Under the pieces are notes generated by a model. That model made no database searches and was not told where the DNA came from. It worked only from the letters and a program-made list of their open reading frames with translations. Positions 38,510-48,360 of a stretch of DNA of 60,525 nt are shown in pieces. This DNA comes from an uncultured Gammaproteobacteria bacterium. Lineage in GTDB: Bacteria > Patescibacteriota > Microgenomatia > UBA10105 > UBA927. The position numbers and the translations under genes were made by a program. The first letter of the stretch is position 1. Every line of letters starts with the position of its first letter. The stretch covers positions 38,211 through 98,735 of the forward strand of contig CAYGFH010000005.1 of NCBI GenBank assembly GCA_964349125.1, written 5' to 3'.

Positions 38510-38779
38510 TTACTCTCGTTGAGCAATCTCAGCTGCTTCAACTGATGGGAGTTCGTTAATCCTTTTGAGGACGCGTTTCGAAAACTCCTCCTTGACGTTG
38601 ACAACGCAACCCTTTTCTCCTGATTGCTCAACGCTTACCACTCCTTCGAAAGCCAGGATAATGCCAGCCAACACTTCCGTAAATGCCAGCTTCAGGCGTA
38701 CATCAATAGTAACCATCTTTCTATACCTCACAAATTTATTATATTCGCCTTCATTCGTGCTCGCATGCCCATTTGTCAT
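38510..38779 (-). CDS. Small hypothetical protein (start MTNGHAS)
   Basis: In-frame ATG after the upstream gene's stop. Confidence 0.6.
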   Translation of the reverse strand: MTNGHASTNEGEYNKFVRYRKMVTIDVRLKLAFTEVLAGIILAFEGVVSVEQSGEKGCVVNVKEEFSKRVLKRINELPSVEAAEIAQRE

Positions 38780-38801
38780 GCATTGAAAGCGATAGGATGG
38801 G

Positions 38802-38990
38802 TTACTTGGACCAAACAACTTCTTGACTATCAACGCCGTAGTGACGAATTGCGTTGCCGTTGATGGTGGCTGTCACACTATATTCGCCTTTTTCTTCATC
38901 AACGAGTTTCACTTCATCAATCGAAGTGACTTTCGAGCCGCTTTCGGCAATGAATGCGCATACCAACTCTTCTGCCTTTTTCTCGTTCAT
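38802..38990 (-). CDS. Small acidic hypothetical protein (start MNEKKAEE)
   Basis: SD GAAAGGAGG. Confidence 0.7.
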   Translation of the reverse strand: MNEKKAEELVCAFIAESGSKVTSIDEVKLVDEEKGEYSVTATINGNAIRHYGVDSQEVVWSK

Positions 38991-39271
38991 ATCGTGTGCC
39001 TCCTTTCCGATAGGATGAATTACTACACATTTTCGGTAGGCCAAAAACAGGTAGTAATTCACCGTATTGGGAAAGGATATATTCCGCAAAGTGTCAAGGT
39101 GCTATAGTTCGAGCTGTCAGGATCAGTTTCGCTTGCGAAAAGACTCAACAGTCCGAGCTCATATCCTAACATATTGTTAGGAAAATAACAACACTATAAG
39201 CCTATATGATCAAGAAGAAGAAATAGAGTATAATACCCGTATGCGTCGGGTAGTGAATTTTTCAGAAGATT

Positions 39272-39544
39272 ATGTTCTTTTATGTGTACGTACTTGAGAG
39301 TACAATAAAATCGAGGCTATATATCGGATACACAGAAAATCTGAAACGTCGATTTAAAGAACATAATCTTGGGCTGAATCAATCAACGAAACCATACAAA
39401 CCGTGGCTACTCATATACTATGAAGCATGTCGAAATATGGAGGATGCAAAACGCCGTGAGAAATATCTTAAAACTAGTCAAGGAGGGAGGTTGGTCAGGA
39501 GTCGATTGAAAGAATATTTCTTTCATGGTCGGCGTTTTGCCTGA
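39272..39544 (+). CDS. GIY-YIG nuclease family protein
   Basis: YVYVL...LYIGYTENLKRRFKEHN, A..RE..LK. Confidence 0.92.
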   Translation: MFFYVYVLESTIKSRLYIGYTENLKRRFKEHNLGLNQSTKPYKPWLLIYYEACRNMEDAKRREKYLKTSQGGRLVRSRLKEYFFHGRRFA

Positions 39545-39559
39545 AAAATCTACAACCCG

Positions 39560-40783
39560 ATGCGGATAATGTTCCTCTACATGTTTCCTTTGTGGGGCAA
39601 TGGGTCCGGCGCCTGGCTTCGAGCTCTGGCCGCGGAAATGGTCAAAGACGGCAATGAAGTTTGTATTGTTTCGCCTGAGCATAGAACGCTGCCCGGTGTG
39701 AAACACTATCTGGTTACCCCTCCCCAAATGGGCGTATTTGTCGGTAATCCCGAACTCCCTGAGATCAAAAAATATGAAGATATGACGGGTATTGAGCTTG
39801 GGCGTATATACACCACGTACATAAACGCTACGCTCGCAGCCGTGAAAGATTTTGAACCTGAGATTGTGCATGCGTTCCACACAGCATTTCTGCCTCCCGT
39901 CGCCCGTATCGCAAAGATTATGTACGGCATTCGGTACGTGGTCACCACACATGGGAGTGACCTGCATTACTTCAATCGGGACAAGCGCATGATTGGGCTC
40001 AATCGTGATGCATATAACGTAGCAGCGGCAATCACAGCGAACAGCACATTTACCAGACGGTGGTTTTTGGATATGTTTGGCCGCGAATTTGATCGTCGGC
40101 TTCGGACTATTCCGGGTGGAGTATATATCGATGAGTATAAACGAGACGAGGAGGCTATTAAGGAAATTGATGAAAAGTATGATCTGAAAGGGAAAAAAGT
40201 AGTCCTATTTACAGGCCGTTTGACGCCGCAAAAGGGCGTTGATTATCTTATCCGTGCGGCAAAACAGATTGATGGAGAAGTACTTATCCTTGGTGACGGA
40301 CCGGAACGGGAAAATCTGCAAAAACTCATAGATACGCTCAAAATTACCAACTGCAGGATTCTCGGATACATGAGCCCCCGCAGTCATATAGGCTATAAAG
40401 CCTTTTATGCTCGTGCGGATGTCTATGTCGCTCCATCTACGTGGAAAGAGCCCCTTGGTTTGGTAGTGCTGGAGGCTATGGCAGCAAAAACTCCGGTCAT
40501 ATCCACGCGTGCGGGTGGTGTTATGTCCCTCATAAAAGATGGATATAATGGATTTTTGGTACATGTACGGAAAAGCCAGGAGATAGCCGATAAAGTAAAT
40601 ATATTATTAGCCAACGATAAACTGCGTGAAAAGATGGCAGAGAGGTCCTACGACATGGTAGTGAAGCGGTACACGTGGGGGAGAATTGCAGAGCAATTCA
40701 CCGCGATTTACAAAAAGCATGCGTTTACCTCAAAAGAATACCTCCGGATGGTCAAACCATACGTTGCAAAAAAAGTCGGGTAG
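39560..40783 (+). CDS. Glycosyltransferase family 4
   Basis: TTHGSD, FTGRLTPQKG, EPLGLVVLEAMA. Confidence 0.93.
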   Translation: MRIMFLYMFPLWGNGSGAWLRALAAEMVKDGNEVCIVSPEHRTLPGVKHYLVTPPQMGVFVGNPELPEIKKYEDMTGIELGRIYTTYINATLAAVKDFEPEIVHAFHTAFLPPVARIAKIMYGIRYVVTTHGSDLHYFNRDKRMIGLNRDAYNVAAAITANSTFTRRWFLDMFGREFDRRLRTIPGGVYIDEYKRDEEAIKEIDEKYDLKGKKVVLFTGRLTPQKGVDYLIRAAKQIDGEVLILGDGPERENLQKLIDTLKITNCRILGYMSPRSHIGYKAFYARADVYVAPSTWKEPLGLVVLEAMAAKTPVISTRAGGVMSLIKDGYNGFLVHVRKSQEIADKVNILLANDKLREKMAERSYDMVVKRYTWGRIAEQFTAIYKKHAFTSKEYLRMVKPYVAKKVG

Positions 40784-40809
40784 TGCTTCTTTTTTATCAC
40801 GTCACAACC

Positions 40810-40839
40810 CTCCGGAAAATTTCAAAGCTAAGCTTTGAA
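40810..40839. repeat. Palindrome TTCAAAGCTAAGCTTTGAA with CTCCGGAAAAT flank, copy 2 (inverted relative to 19010..19038)
   Basis: Direct sequence comparison. Confidence 0.85.
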
Positions 40840-40864
40840 ATTAATAAATCTTTCCCGTATGTTG

Positions 40865-41650
40865 TTACATTGTCTGTGGAACTCCCGGTATATGCGCTAG
40901 CACCTCGTGTTCTTGTTGTTTTGGGCTCTTTATCCCTGAGTTAAGCGGATCGATTGTGCAAAAGTACAGCGCGTGAGACATATAGTCTCCGACATAATAC
41001 AAGCTTGTCCACCCATCTGTCCCTAAAACAGAGAGTGTTTTCATATCATTTGAGAACGTATGGCGTCTATATGTACCGGAAATCTCCAATGTTTTGCATA
41101 AAAATGGCATTTCTTCATCCAGAATTACGCCATTAGTTGAATGTTTTTTCAGCAATATGCCTAAATACGAGGTGACATCGACAACATTTTGAGATAAAAA
41201 TCTGTTATAAAACCTGAAATTTAAAATAGATTTCCTTTTGGGATCGTACGTACTGAATAAATCTACGGATTCAATTGGTTGATTATTCTGAACCATTTGT
41301 AAAATCTTATTTCTATCAGGCATTCGATACATATCGAGTGGTATCGGTATGCCAATTTCCCATGCAAAATTTCGTACTGAGTGATCAGTATAGAGTGTTA
41401 TCGTATCTACGTTTGGTTGTTGATCCATGTGTCCGTTTACTACGCTAAAGACATATTTTGAAGCAGAGGTGGATTCATGTGGTGGTAATAATGGGCTATG
41501 TAGTGCGAATGTAAGCGCGTCTACTGATTGTTCCAAGGTCCTCTGGGCATCCTCTTCATGGTTTATATATTCGTGCGTATACACGTATCTTGCAGGCTGG
41601 TTTAACAGCCGTTTTGTCATACCTATGATAGGATTTTCCCCACTGTGCAT
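40865..41650 (-). CDS. Hypothetical protein
   Basis: 261 aa; TATAAT 6 nt upstream of the ATG. Confidence 0.75.
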   Translation of the reverse strand: MHSGENPIIGMTKRLLNQPARYVYTHEYINHEEDAQRTLEQSVDALTFALHSPLLPPHESTSASKYVFSVVNGHMDQQPNVDTITLYTDHSVRNFAWEIGIPIPLDMYRMPDRNKILQMVQNNQPIESVDLFSTYDPKRKSILNFRFYNRFLSQNVVDVTSYLGILLKKHSTNGVILDEEMPFLCKTLEISGTYRRHTFSNDMKTLSVLGTDGWTSLYYVGDYMSHALYFCTIDPLNSGIKSPKQQEHEVLAHIPGVPQTM

Positions 41651-41847
41651 ACATGTATTATACTATAGGTTTAAATACTACTCAAATAGCCACCGTTAGG
41701 GTTGCAGTTTTATTCATCTAGATGTGGTTGAGTTGATCTAAATTTGACTCGCGCTTCTTATTTCCGTATGATCCCAACTAATCCAGTGTTCACTGGTACC
41801 CGCACAAGTGTCCGTCAAACACGGACGCACATTGAAAGAGGTGTACG

Positions 41848-42078
41848 ATGCATTTCAAGATTCAGTACCGCATGCGTTGCACGTGTGGAGCATGGACGAG
41901 TGGCGAATACACAGCCGTATTCTCTAAAAGTTCAAAAATCCATCCGTACAGAGACGCACTTCAGCAAGCTGAAAAGGAGCACCCTCAAGCGACATCTATC
42001 GCGCCGCGAAAAGGGCACTACCTGCGAACCACGTGGATAACGAGTCCACAATGGGTCGATCAGCAACCTGAAGAATAG
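41848..42078 (+). CDS. Small hypothetical protein (CxC motif)
   Basis: GAGGTG upstream; 76 aa. Confidence 0.45.
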   Translation: MHFKIQYRMRCTCGAWTSGEYTAVFSKSSKIHPYRDALQQAEKEHPQATSIAPRKGHYLRTTWITSPQWVDQQPEE

Positions 42079-42396
42079 TGCTTGAATCCGTAATCTTTTC
42101 CACTCTTTGGCTTCAAGGGAAGCTCAATAGACGGAGAAGGCGACCAGCAAATATAGGCCTATGATATGTGCTATCTACCCCTATATTGTCAGAGAAGACC
42201 GCCTCTGAATGGAGTATTTCTGTATCAATTGTTCTGTGTCATGCGCAAACTCCAATTACGCGTATGCCAAAAGAACAGATTAACCAATTGAATACAGAGA
42301 AAATCTGCTGCAGCATTGATTACGAATGTACACCTTAACAGGTTGATTGTGGCTTTAGGAGCTTCCTGTCCCTACTGTTACCCTCCACAATCTGTT

Positions 42397-43275
42397 TTAC
42401 ACAGATACCATCGATAACGCGACGATACCGCATATGGTGATTGCTACACTGAGTTTCTGGAGTCCGCCAAGTTTTTCTTTAAACAATAACAGTGATAATA
42501 CTGCGTACAGCGTGGAATACGAGCCTGCAATTGGCGCGACTACCGATACATGTCCGTGAATTATGCCGATATTAAACGTACTTTCCGCAATGACTGTCAG
42601 TACGGCATAAAGTATTAAAAGTCCGCTCGTCTTCGCCTTTATCGGATTTTCTGGCCAGTTTTTCTTTACGACAAGTTGATAGAGCGCGATAGCCATAAAA
42701 GGGATAACGAGTGCGTAGGTAGACCAGAACCAGCCGATTGCCTGTATGGGTATCTTTATGAAGCTTCCGCAGATACCCCACAGTAGCAGGCTCAAAAACG
42801 CATACCCGATGCCTTTGTCTCTCATGATAGAAATGCGCCATGTGCCTGTTGTAGCCTTTGATGTTTGCAGAATACCCAGCATAATGCCAATAAAAATCAC
42901 AATGAGCGCTGCGGTTTGTGACTGTGTTGGCACTTCATGTAGAAATAGGAGGGAATATAACAGAGAAGATGCTCCCCACGAGCAGGAGATCGCTCCTGCG
43001 AGCGTAGGATTCGTCAGGTTTGTGGCTTTATAAAATGAGAGGTAGCCTAGGGCTGAAGCAGATCCTACAACAATAGCAATGAGTGCAATTGTTGGGGTAA
43101 GTCCTTGTAAGTCAGAGAGAAAAAAGGGAATACATGCGCTGTACAACAACAATCGGATCAAAAACCCCCAGAATGTTAGGCTCCATGATGACATACGACG
43201 GCTGATAATAGCTCCTGTCGTATCTCCAAGTCCCCATCCGAAATATGCGGTCAGTGCATAGAATATTGCGTTCAT
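42397..43275 (-). CDS. EamA/DMT family transporter
   Basis: About 10 TM helices in two repeats; VAPIAG, LLFKEKL; start MNAIFYAL. Confidence 0.9.
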   Translation of the reverse strand: MNAIFYALTAYFGWGLGDTTGAIISRRMSSWSLTFWGFLIRLLLYSACIPFFLSDLQGLTPTIALIAIVVGSASALGYLSFYKATNLTNPTLAGAISCSWGASSLLYSLLFLHEVPTQSQTAALIVIFIGIMLGILQTSKATTGTWRISIMRDKGIGYAFLSLLLWGICGSFIKIPIQAIGWFWSTYALVIPFMAIALYQLVVKKNWPENPIKAKTSGLLILYAVLTVIAESTFNIGIIHGHVSVVAPIAGSYSTLYAVLSLLLFKEKLGGLQKLSVAITICGIVALSMVSV

Positions 43276-43330
43276 ACGTGACAGTATGATTGATATATTG
43301 ACGATGCACAAACAGTTGTGCAAAATATGC

Positions 43331-43498
43331 ACAAGACAGTAGATTTTCTGATTCAGAGAAGAAAATCGTACTGTCTTGGGTGCCGCAACGCGCTTGCGAT
43401 TGCGGCCACAGATAATAGAGATTTTCTGATTCAGAGAAGAAAATCGTACTGTCTTGGGTGTTCCGATGTACTTCGGGACCACAGACAATAGAGATTTT
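43331..43498. repeat. Tandem hairpin repeats separated by variable palindromic inserts
   Basis: 42-nt identity at 43341..43382 and 43419..43460; partial third copy at 43479..43498. Confidence 0.9.
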
Positions 43499-43586
43499 TA
43501 AAGGTTCAACCTTACAAAGTAAGTATATTTCTGGATTCCCAATCGGAGTCGGGGATGACAGACGGTACGATATATCGAATCGATCT

Positions 43587-44375
43587 ATGAAACCAATTAT
43601 CCACCACTCAGACGACATCATTTCATACCTGGAAACCCTTGGCATCGACCCTCAAGGGGCGAAGCTCTATAGAACCTTAGCTGCCAAAGGGCCACAAACC
43701 TTGCTTCAGATCTCCCGCGAAACCCGTATAGAGCGCACCAAACTGTATAGATCAATCGAAGGATGGGTGTCAGAAGGCATTATCGAGGAAGAATTGTCAC
43801 ACAAAACAAAGCTGTATCGTGCTTCCTCAGTAGAGCGCATGCGCCTATTGGTTATGCAAAAAAAAGCCTCGATAGATGCGTTGGCTGGTTCTTTCAACGC
43901 ATTTTCTGATCAGATAGCATCGTTGCAACAAAATGTGGTCTCCACAAAAGTACTGCACTACAAAGGTCGCGAAGGTGCCCGGCAAATGCTCTGGAATTCT
44001 ATGCGTGCCAAAGATGAACTCTTAAGTTATGTGTGTAGAAACTGGCAGGAAGCGGTTGGGCAGACGTTTTTCAATAATTGGGTCGGCGAATTCAGGAAAA
44101 TGGGCATAAAAAACCGTGAGCTTCGGCACCCACAATTTTTATCTACCGTTGATGATTCAAGATTACGCTATGTGGATTTAGGGCCAACATATCAATGGCG
44201 CAACATTCCGGTATCCAGTGTCAATATTACGCACAGTATGGACATCTATAATGATGTGGTGGGCATCTCGTATTGGAATGGCGACGACATATTTGGCGTG
44301 GAAATGTACAACGAGCATATTGCAGTCATGCAAAAGAGTATATTTAATCATTATTGGCGATTAGCAAAAAAATAG
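43587..44375 (+). CDS. TrmB-family-like transcriptional regulator (winged HTH + effector domain)
   Basis: LETLGI...AKLYRTL...ISRETRIERTKLYR HTH; V.HYKGREG motif. Confidence 0.85.
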   Translation: MKPIIHHSDDIISYLETLGIDPQGAKLYRTLAAKGPQTLLQISRETRIERTKLYRSIEGWVSEGIIEEELSHKTKLYRASSVERMRLLVMQKKASIDALAGSFNAFSDQIASLQQNVVSTKVLHYKGREGARQMLWNSMRAKDELLSYVCRNWQEAVGQTFFNNWVGEFRKMGIKNRELRHPQFLSTVDDSRLRYVDLGPTYQWRNIPVSSVNITHSMDIYNDVVGISYWNGDDIFGVEMYNEHIAVMQKSIFNHYWRLAKK

Positions 44376-44437
44376 ATGCCCCATTGTATGGCATCGAACT
44401 GATAGAAGGCATCCAAATGCAGTAAGATCACCAGTAT

Positions 44438-44620
44438 ATGAGCACTGAATCTGAGAAAGCCGCACAGGAATTGAGCAAACGTATAGAGAGAGATGCTGCG
44501 ACGCTCTTGGCAGAAAAATTAGCGGGTCCCAACCCTCCTCCCGGTAGAGTAAAAGAGATAGCTGCGAGCATTGGAAAACCAGCTCCCGCTCCTGCTACGC
44601 AGCCCAAGCCAAAGGCATAG
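44438..44620 (+). CDS. Small hypothetical protein
   Basis: 60 aa, helical then Pro/Ala-rich. Confidence 0.55.
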   Translation: MSTESEKAAQELSKRIERDAATLLAEKLAGPNPPPGRVKEIAASIGKPAPAPATQPKPKA

Positions 44621-44702
44621 CCCCTAGGGTGATATACAGAGGATTGATTTCATTAAAAAATATCACATTGCTCTGATATCGGCTATGGGGTACGATGGAT
44701 AT

Positions 44703-45689
44703 ATGATTGCCGTTTCCTGTGTAATGCCTACGTATAAACGCGTAGATCAAACGCTCAAAACCATAGAATTACTTCTCGCATCTGATGGCGTGCAGTCAGT
44801 CTTTACACTTGAGCTCATCGTGTCTGACTCGACTCCAGATGATTCTGTGAAACTGGCTGTGCATGGCGCATTTGGTGACCGTGTCCGCTATGTCAGACCT
44901 GATCATGAAGGCATTTCCGCAAACAAAAATGCTGGGGCCAAAGCATCATCACACCCTATTCTCATATTTTGCGATTCTGATATGGAAGTGGAAAAAAACA
45001 CACTCCTTGAAACTGTCGAGTATATGCGACTCCACCCGGCAGTTGCGATGGTGGGAGGATTCGTGATGTGGAAAGGTGGTCCCAACGACAAAATGAAAGA
45101 CCGTCCTCGCAGTGAAGACCGTATGATGCGAAAGGGGAATACCGCCTATATAGAGGCGTTGTACTCTCGCTACGTTGCCACGTATCGGGATATTTTCTGG
45201 CAAGTGGGTGGCTATGACGAAGATGTCTTTAACATGCGCGGAGAGGGATCTGATTTGTCCATACGATATTGGAGAGCAGGGTATCCGCTTGCGTTTCATG
45301 AAGGAATCATTGTGCATCATGTGCATGATGTTCCTGACGCTGCTGCTGTCCGTGTGAATCACTCTGAGTGGGGTATAGCAAGGGATTTCCTGTTACTTGG
45401 ATATAAGTACCGCATGTTTGACACTGATTACAAGTCATTTGCCTCCACTGTGTCTATGAATTTTTCGCCACTCGGGATGCAGGGATCATACAGGATGCTA
45501 CAGGGCATTGGGCGAAACTTGGATCAGATCGCCGCATCAAAAATGAAGTTGGATGTGTTTAGATCGACAGATACGCCCGTATATGAATTTAGATTTCTGG
45601 AAATTTTTTCAAATACCGCACTGTTTGAATCATGTATTAACCAGGCTGCTTCCCGTTTCCTCGATATACACAAGCATGCATTTGGGTAA
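44703..45689 (+). CDS. Glycosyltransferase family 2
   Basis: VMPTYKR, FCDSD (DxD), VGGYDE, GEGSDL. Confidence 0.92.
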   Translation: MIAVSCVMPTYKRVDQTLKTIELLLASDGVQSVFTLELIVSDSTPDDSVKLAVHGAFGDRVRYVRPDHEGISANKNAGAKASSHPILIFCDSDMEVEKNTLLETVEYMRLHPAVAMVGGFVMWKGGPNDKMKDRPRSEDRMMRKGNTAYIEALYSRYVATYRDIFWQVGGYDEDVFNMRGEGSDLSIRYWRAGYPLAFHEGIIVHHVHDVPDAAAVRVNHSEWGIARDFLLLGYKYRMFDTDYKSFASTVSMNFSPLGMQGSYRMLQGIGRNLDQIAASKMKLDVFRSTDTPVYEFRFLEIFSNTALFESCINQAASRFLDIHKHAFG

Positions 45690-45750
45690 TGGATCGCTAC
45701 GCTATCCCCATGTACAGAGTGAAATCCGAATAGTATAATCCCATAGTTAT

Positions 45751-46827
45751 ATGGCACATGAAGTTGATCGGTATGAAAGTTTTCCGTCTGGTATTCATTA
45801 TCCGGACGGACGCATGCAAACATTCCGGGATGTGTATCTGATGATTCGCGAATCTCCCGTAACTAGTCCATTATTCCACAAGACTCGTTGGCTTGGCTTT
45901 AAACCGGAAGGAGCAACAGAAGAAGAATTTCAACATCGTGTCGGCAAAGATACAAACAATGGGCAACACATGTGGCACCAATATGGTATCAGTCGGGCAT
46001 CTACACAGTACAACGAAAATCCGCCTCCCGTTTGGAAAGGAAAGATATCAAAAAAAGCGTTACTCTCTCCGAAGGAAAAAGTTGTTAAGGCTACCGCAAT
46101 AACCTGGCATGATTTGGGTGAATTAAAGGTTGGAGACATAGCTCAACCACTTAAAACTAAAAAATCAGAACGGAAAGAATTTAAGGCATTATTTCGTATT
46201 GCCAACGAGCTTACGAGATCAGAACATGGGAAATTTGGAGAAGTTTTCAGTAAATTCGAGCCGTATTTGCGTAGAGCACCTGATTCTTTGTATTACGCGT
46301 TTTTTCAGGGTGCATATATAGTGACGCGAGGGGACACTGAGCTGTTTGGAAAGATGTTTCAGGCTTTTTATAAAACCCTCGTTCAGTCTGAGTCGAAAAT
46401 TGCGAAACAATTTAATTGCGAAGAAAAAATCGGCTATCACATAACAGGACTTCAGGTATGGAAAAAATCAAAAAAACTTGAAACAACTGATCCGTATTAT
46501 GACAGTTTTCGGGGAATGGCGTTCAGTGTGCACACACATAATGTCGCTGAGTTAGTTGAGTATTCGAAAATCTATCCAGCGGCGTTTGTCCATTTAGTCG
46601 CTAATGCAGATACAATTTCAGACGTGTACAGCACAGACGCTATGGAAGCGACTACACTGCTTCACCGGTTTCAGGGGAAGAATGAAAAGCCACGCGAAAT
46701 AGAGATTCAGGAGCTCGCGGCGAAATTTGAATCACAGAGAGAAGCGTGGATCGCCTGGCGAGAAAAACACGAGTCAGAGATTGAACAGTGGGAGATGAAT
46801 CGGGGCGCGTCTGCACAGGAGTCGTAG
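45751..46827 (+). CDS. HD-domain phosphohydrolase-like protein
   Basis: HMWH followed by ITWHDLGELKVGD (YfbR-like HD motif). Confidence 0.65.
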   Translation: MAHEVDRYESFPSGIHYPDGRMQTFRDVYLMIRESPVTSPLFHKTRWLGFKPEGATEEEFQHRVGKDTNNGQHMWHQYGISRASTQYNENPPPVWKGKISKKALLSPKEKVVKATAITWHDLGELKVGDIAQPLKTKKSERKEFKALFRIANELTRSEHGKFGEVFSKFEPYLRRAPDSLYYAFFQGAYIVTRGDTELFGKMFQAFYKTLVQSESKIAKQFNCEEKIGYHITGLQVWKKSKKLETTDPYYDSFRGMAFSVHTHNVAELVEYSKIYPAAFVHLVANADTISDVYSTDAMEATTLLHRFQGKNEKPREIEIQELAAKFESQREAWIAWREKHESEIEQWEMNRGASAQES

Positions 46828-46830
46828 GAT

Positions 46831-48051
46831 ATGAACGCTACAGAAACAGCACTTACAATCAACCCATACATGAATGCACAGGACATCTGGAGGCAGCTAC
46901 CCGGATTGGACGATGTCTCAGATCATGAGATTGCACTTGGAATAGCGGATCTACTACGTTCCAGGATTGCCGGAAAAAACCCCCTGGCTGTTCCGATCGG
47001 ACCCACGGATGCCGCATTGGCATTTACGCTCGGAGCATTTTCTCACGATGGTGAACCCCGGTTAGATTCAGAAAGAGATAATTCGTTGCTTGTGCGCGAA
47101 CTGGAGGCATGGAAAACCCTCGGTGAGTCATTTTCGCGTGAAACTGTGAGGCAGCAGTATCCGCATCCATTGTCAGAAAAACAATGGAATATCGGATCGT
47201 TCGGGTTATGGAAGTTTGCCCATACCATACAAAAAAACGAACGGACAGTAAATGCCCTGGCACTACTGTTAACGCACGCTGAAACACTACGCGATGACGG
47301 GATATCCGTATTAGGCTCGGCGGATCAGGACTATGTGTTCAATTCAAACAGAGCGATTTTGGAATACATGATTACGTCTGCACGCCCTATATCGGGAACT
47401 ATGGATGAAGATATGATGATATTTCAGACGTTTCGGGATCAGTTTGGTGAATATATATTGGCAAACACATCCGATAGTGGAAATACGTTACGGGTTGTGC
47501 TGACAGATGGGTTATTGCAGCGATATCTGATCACCGACACGCGTATGGAGCAAATATTAGAATCTCTTGCTGTGAGAATATTTGACGCTAAGGTTGATTA
47601 CAACAGAATAGAAGTACACAGGGATCAGGATATATCGATGCTCACCCGTGCGCTTGATGCGTATATGAGCATGCTCAGTCACTACATTGGTTCGCGGTGG
47701 GAGCCGGAAGCTGTGAATCTCAAATATATTAGTTTGACGGAAGCGCTGCTTGCCGCAGCGGTGTCTGTGTATAATATAGGCCGTTCCAATGGGGCGAATT
47801 TTCCCGATATGCGTTTTGTAGGATTTTCGAGGGCTACGGATTTTATACAGTATGCCATATCCTCAGGTGAAATAGACTCGTTGTATCAATTTGTAGTTGA
47901 TGGAGTGTTAACTCCCGATGAGATTGTTTCGACGGATGTATGGGCAAGAGGGGTAAAATTACCGATCGAAAAACAATCGGATCATGCAAAGCAGTTAATT
48001 AAGTACATACGCTCCGGTGTGGATATGGGAATGATTGCAAAACATATGTAG
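46831..48051 (+). CDS. Hypothetical protein (406 aa)
   Basis: Long ORF in frame with the upstream gene. Confidence 0.8.
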   Translation: MNATETALTINPYMNAQDIWRQLPGLDDVSDHEIALGIADLLRSRIAGKNPLAVPIGPTDAALAFTLGAFSHDGEPRLDSERDNSLLVRELEAWKTLGESFSRETVRQQYPHPLSEKQWNIGSFGLWKFAHTIQKNERTVNALALLLTHAETLRDDGISVLGSADQDYVFNSNRAILEYMITSARPISGTMDEDMMIFQTFRDQFGEYILANTSDSGNTLRVVLTDGLLQRYLITDTRMEQILESLAVRIFDAKVDYNRIEVHRDQDISMLTRALDAYMSMLSHYIGSRWEPEAVNLKYISLTEALLAAAVSVYNIGRSNGANFPDMRFVGFSRATDFIQYAISSGEIDSLYQFVVDGVLTPDEIVSTDVWARGVKLPIEKQSDHAKQLIKYIRSGVDMGMIAKHM

Positions 48052-48098
48052 TGTATTTTTCGAGTAAAAACAAATACTACGAAAAAATTCAGTGGAAA

Positions 48099-48127
48099 TT
48101 GACTTCTATAAGCCTATTTGATACGAT
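48099..48127 (+). promoter_or_regulatory. sigma70-type promoter
   Basis: TTGACT-N17-TACGAT. Confidence 0.65.
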
Positions 48128-48360
48128 TCTGATCTGACAAATCAACACGTGTCCCGTGTATCGCGGAACATATTGGTGGTTTGTTTTTTGTACATTAACA
48201 GGGGAGAGGAAATGAATAACACATATGAGATTGCGGGGTATGTTAGGCCGATTACTATATCGGCAGAAGATCTCCCGTAATCTCTCTCGTGTTGTGATAC
48301 ATACATTCCTGGGAATCACAAAGTAGTCAAAAAGAGAGTAAATCCATTAAGGAGTCAGCC

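Noticed and set aside
43341-43498. CRISPR array
   Set aside because: There are only ~2.5 repeats, the inserts are short palindromes rather than unique spacers, and no cas1 or effector gene is in the window.
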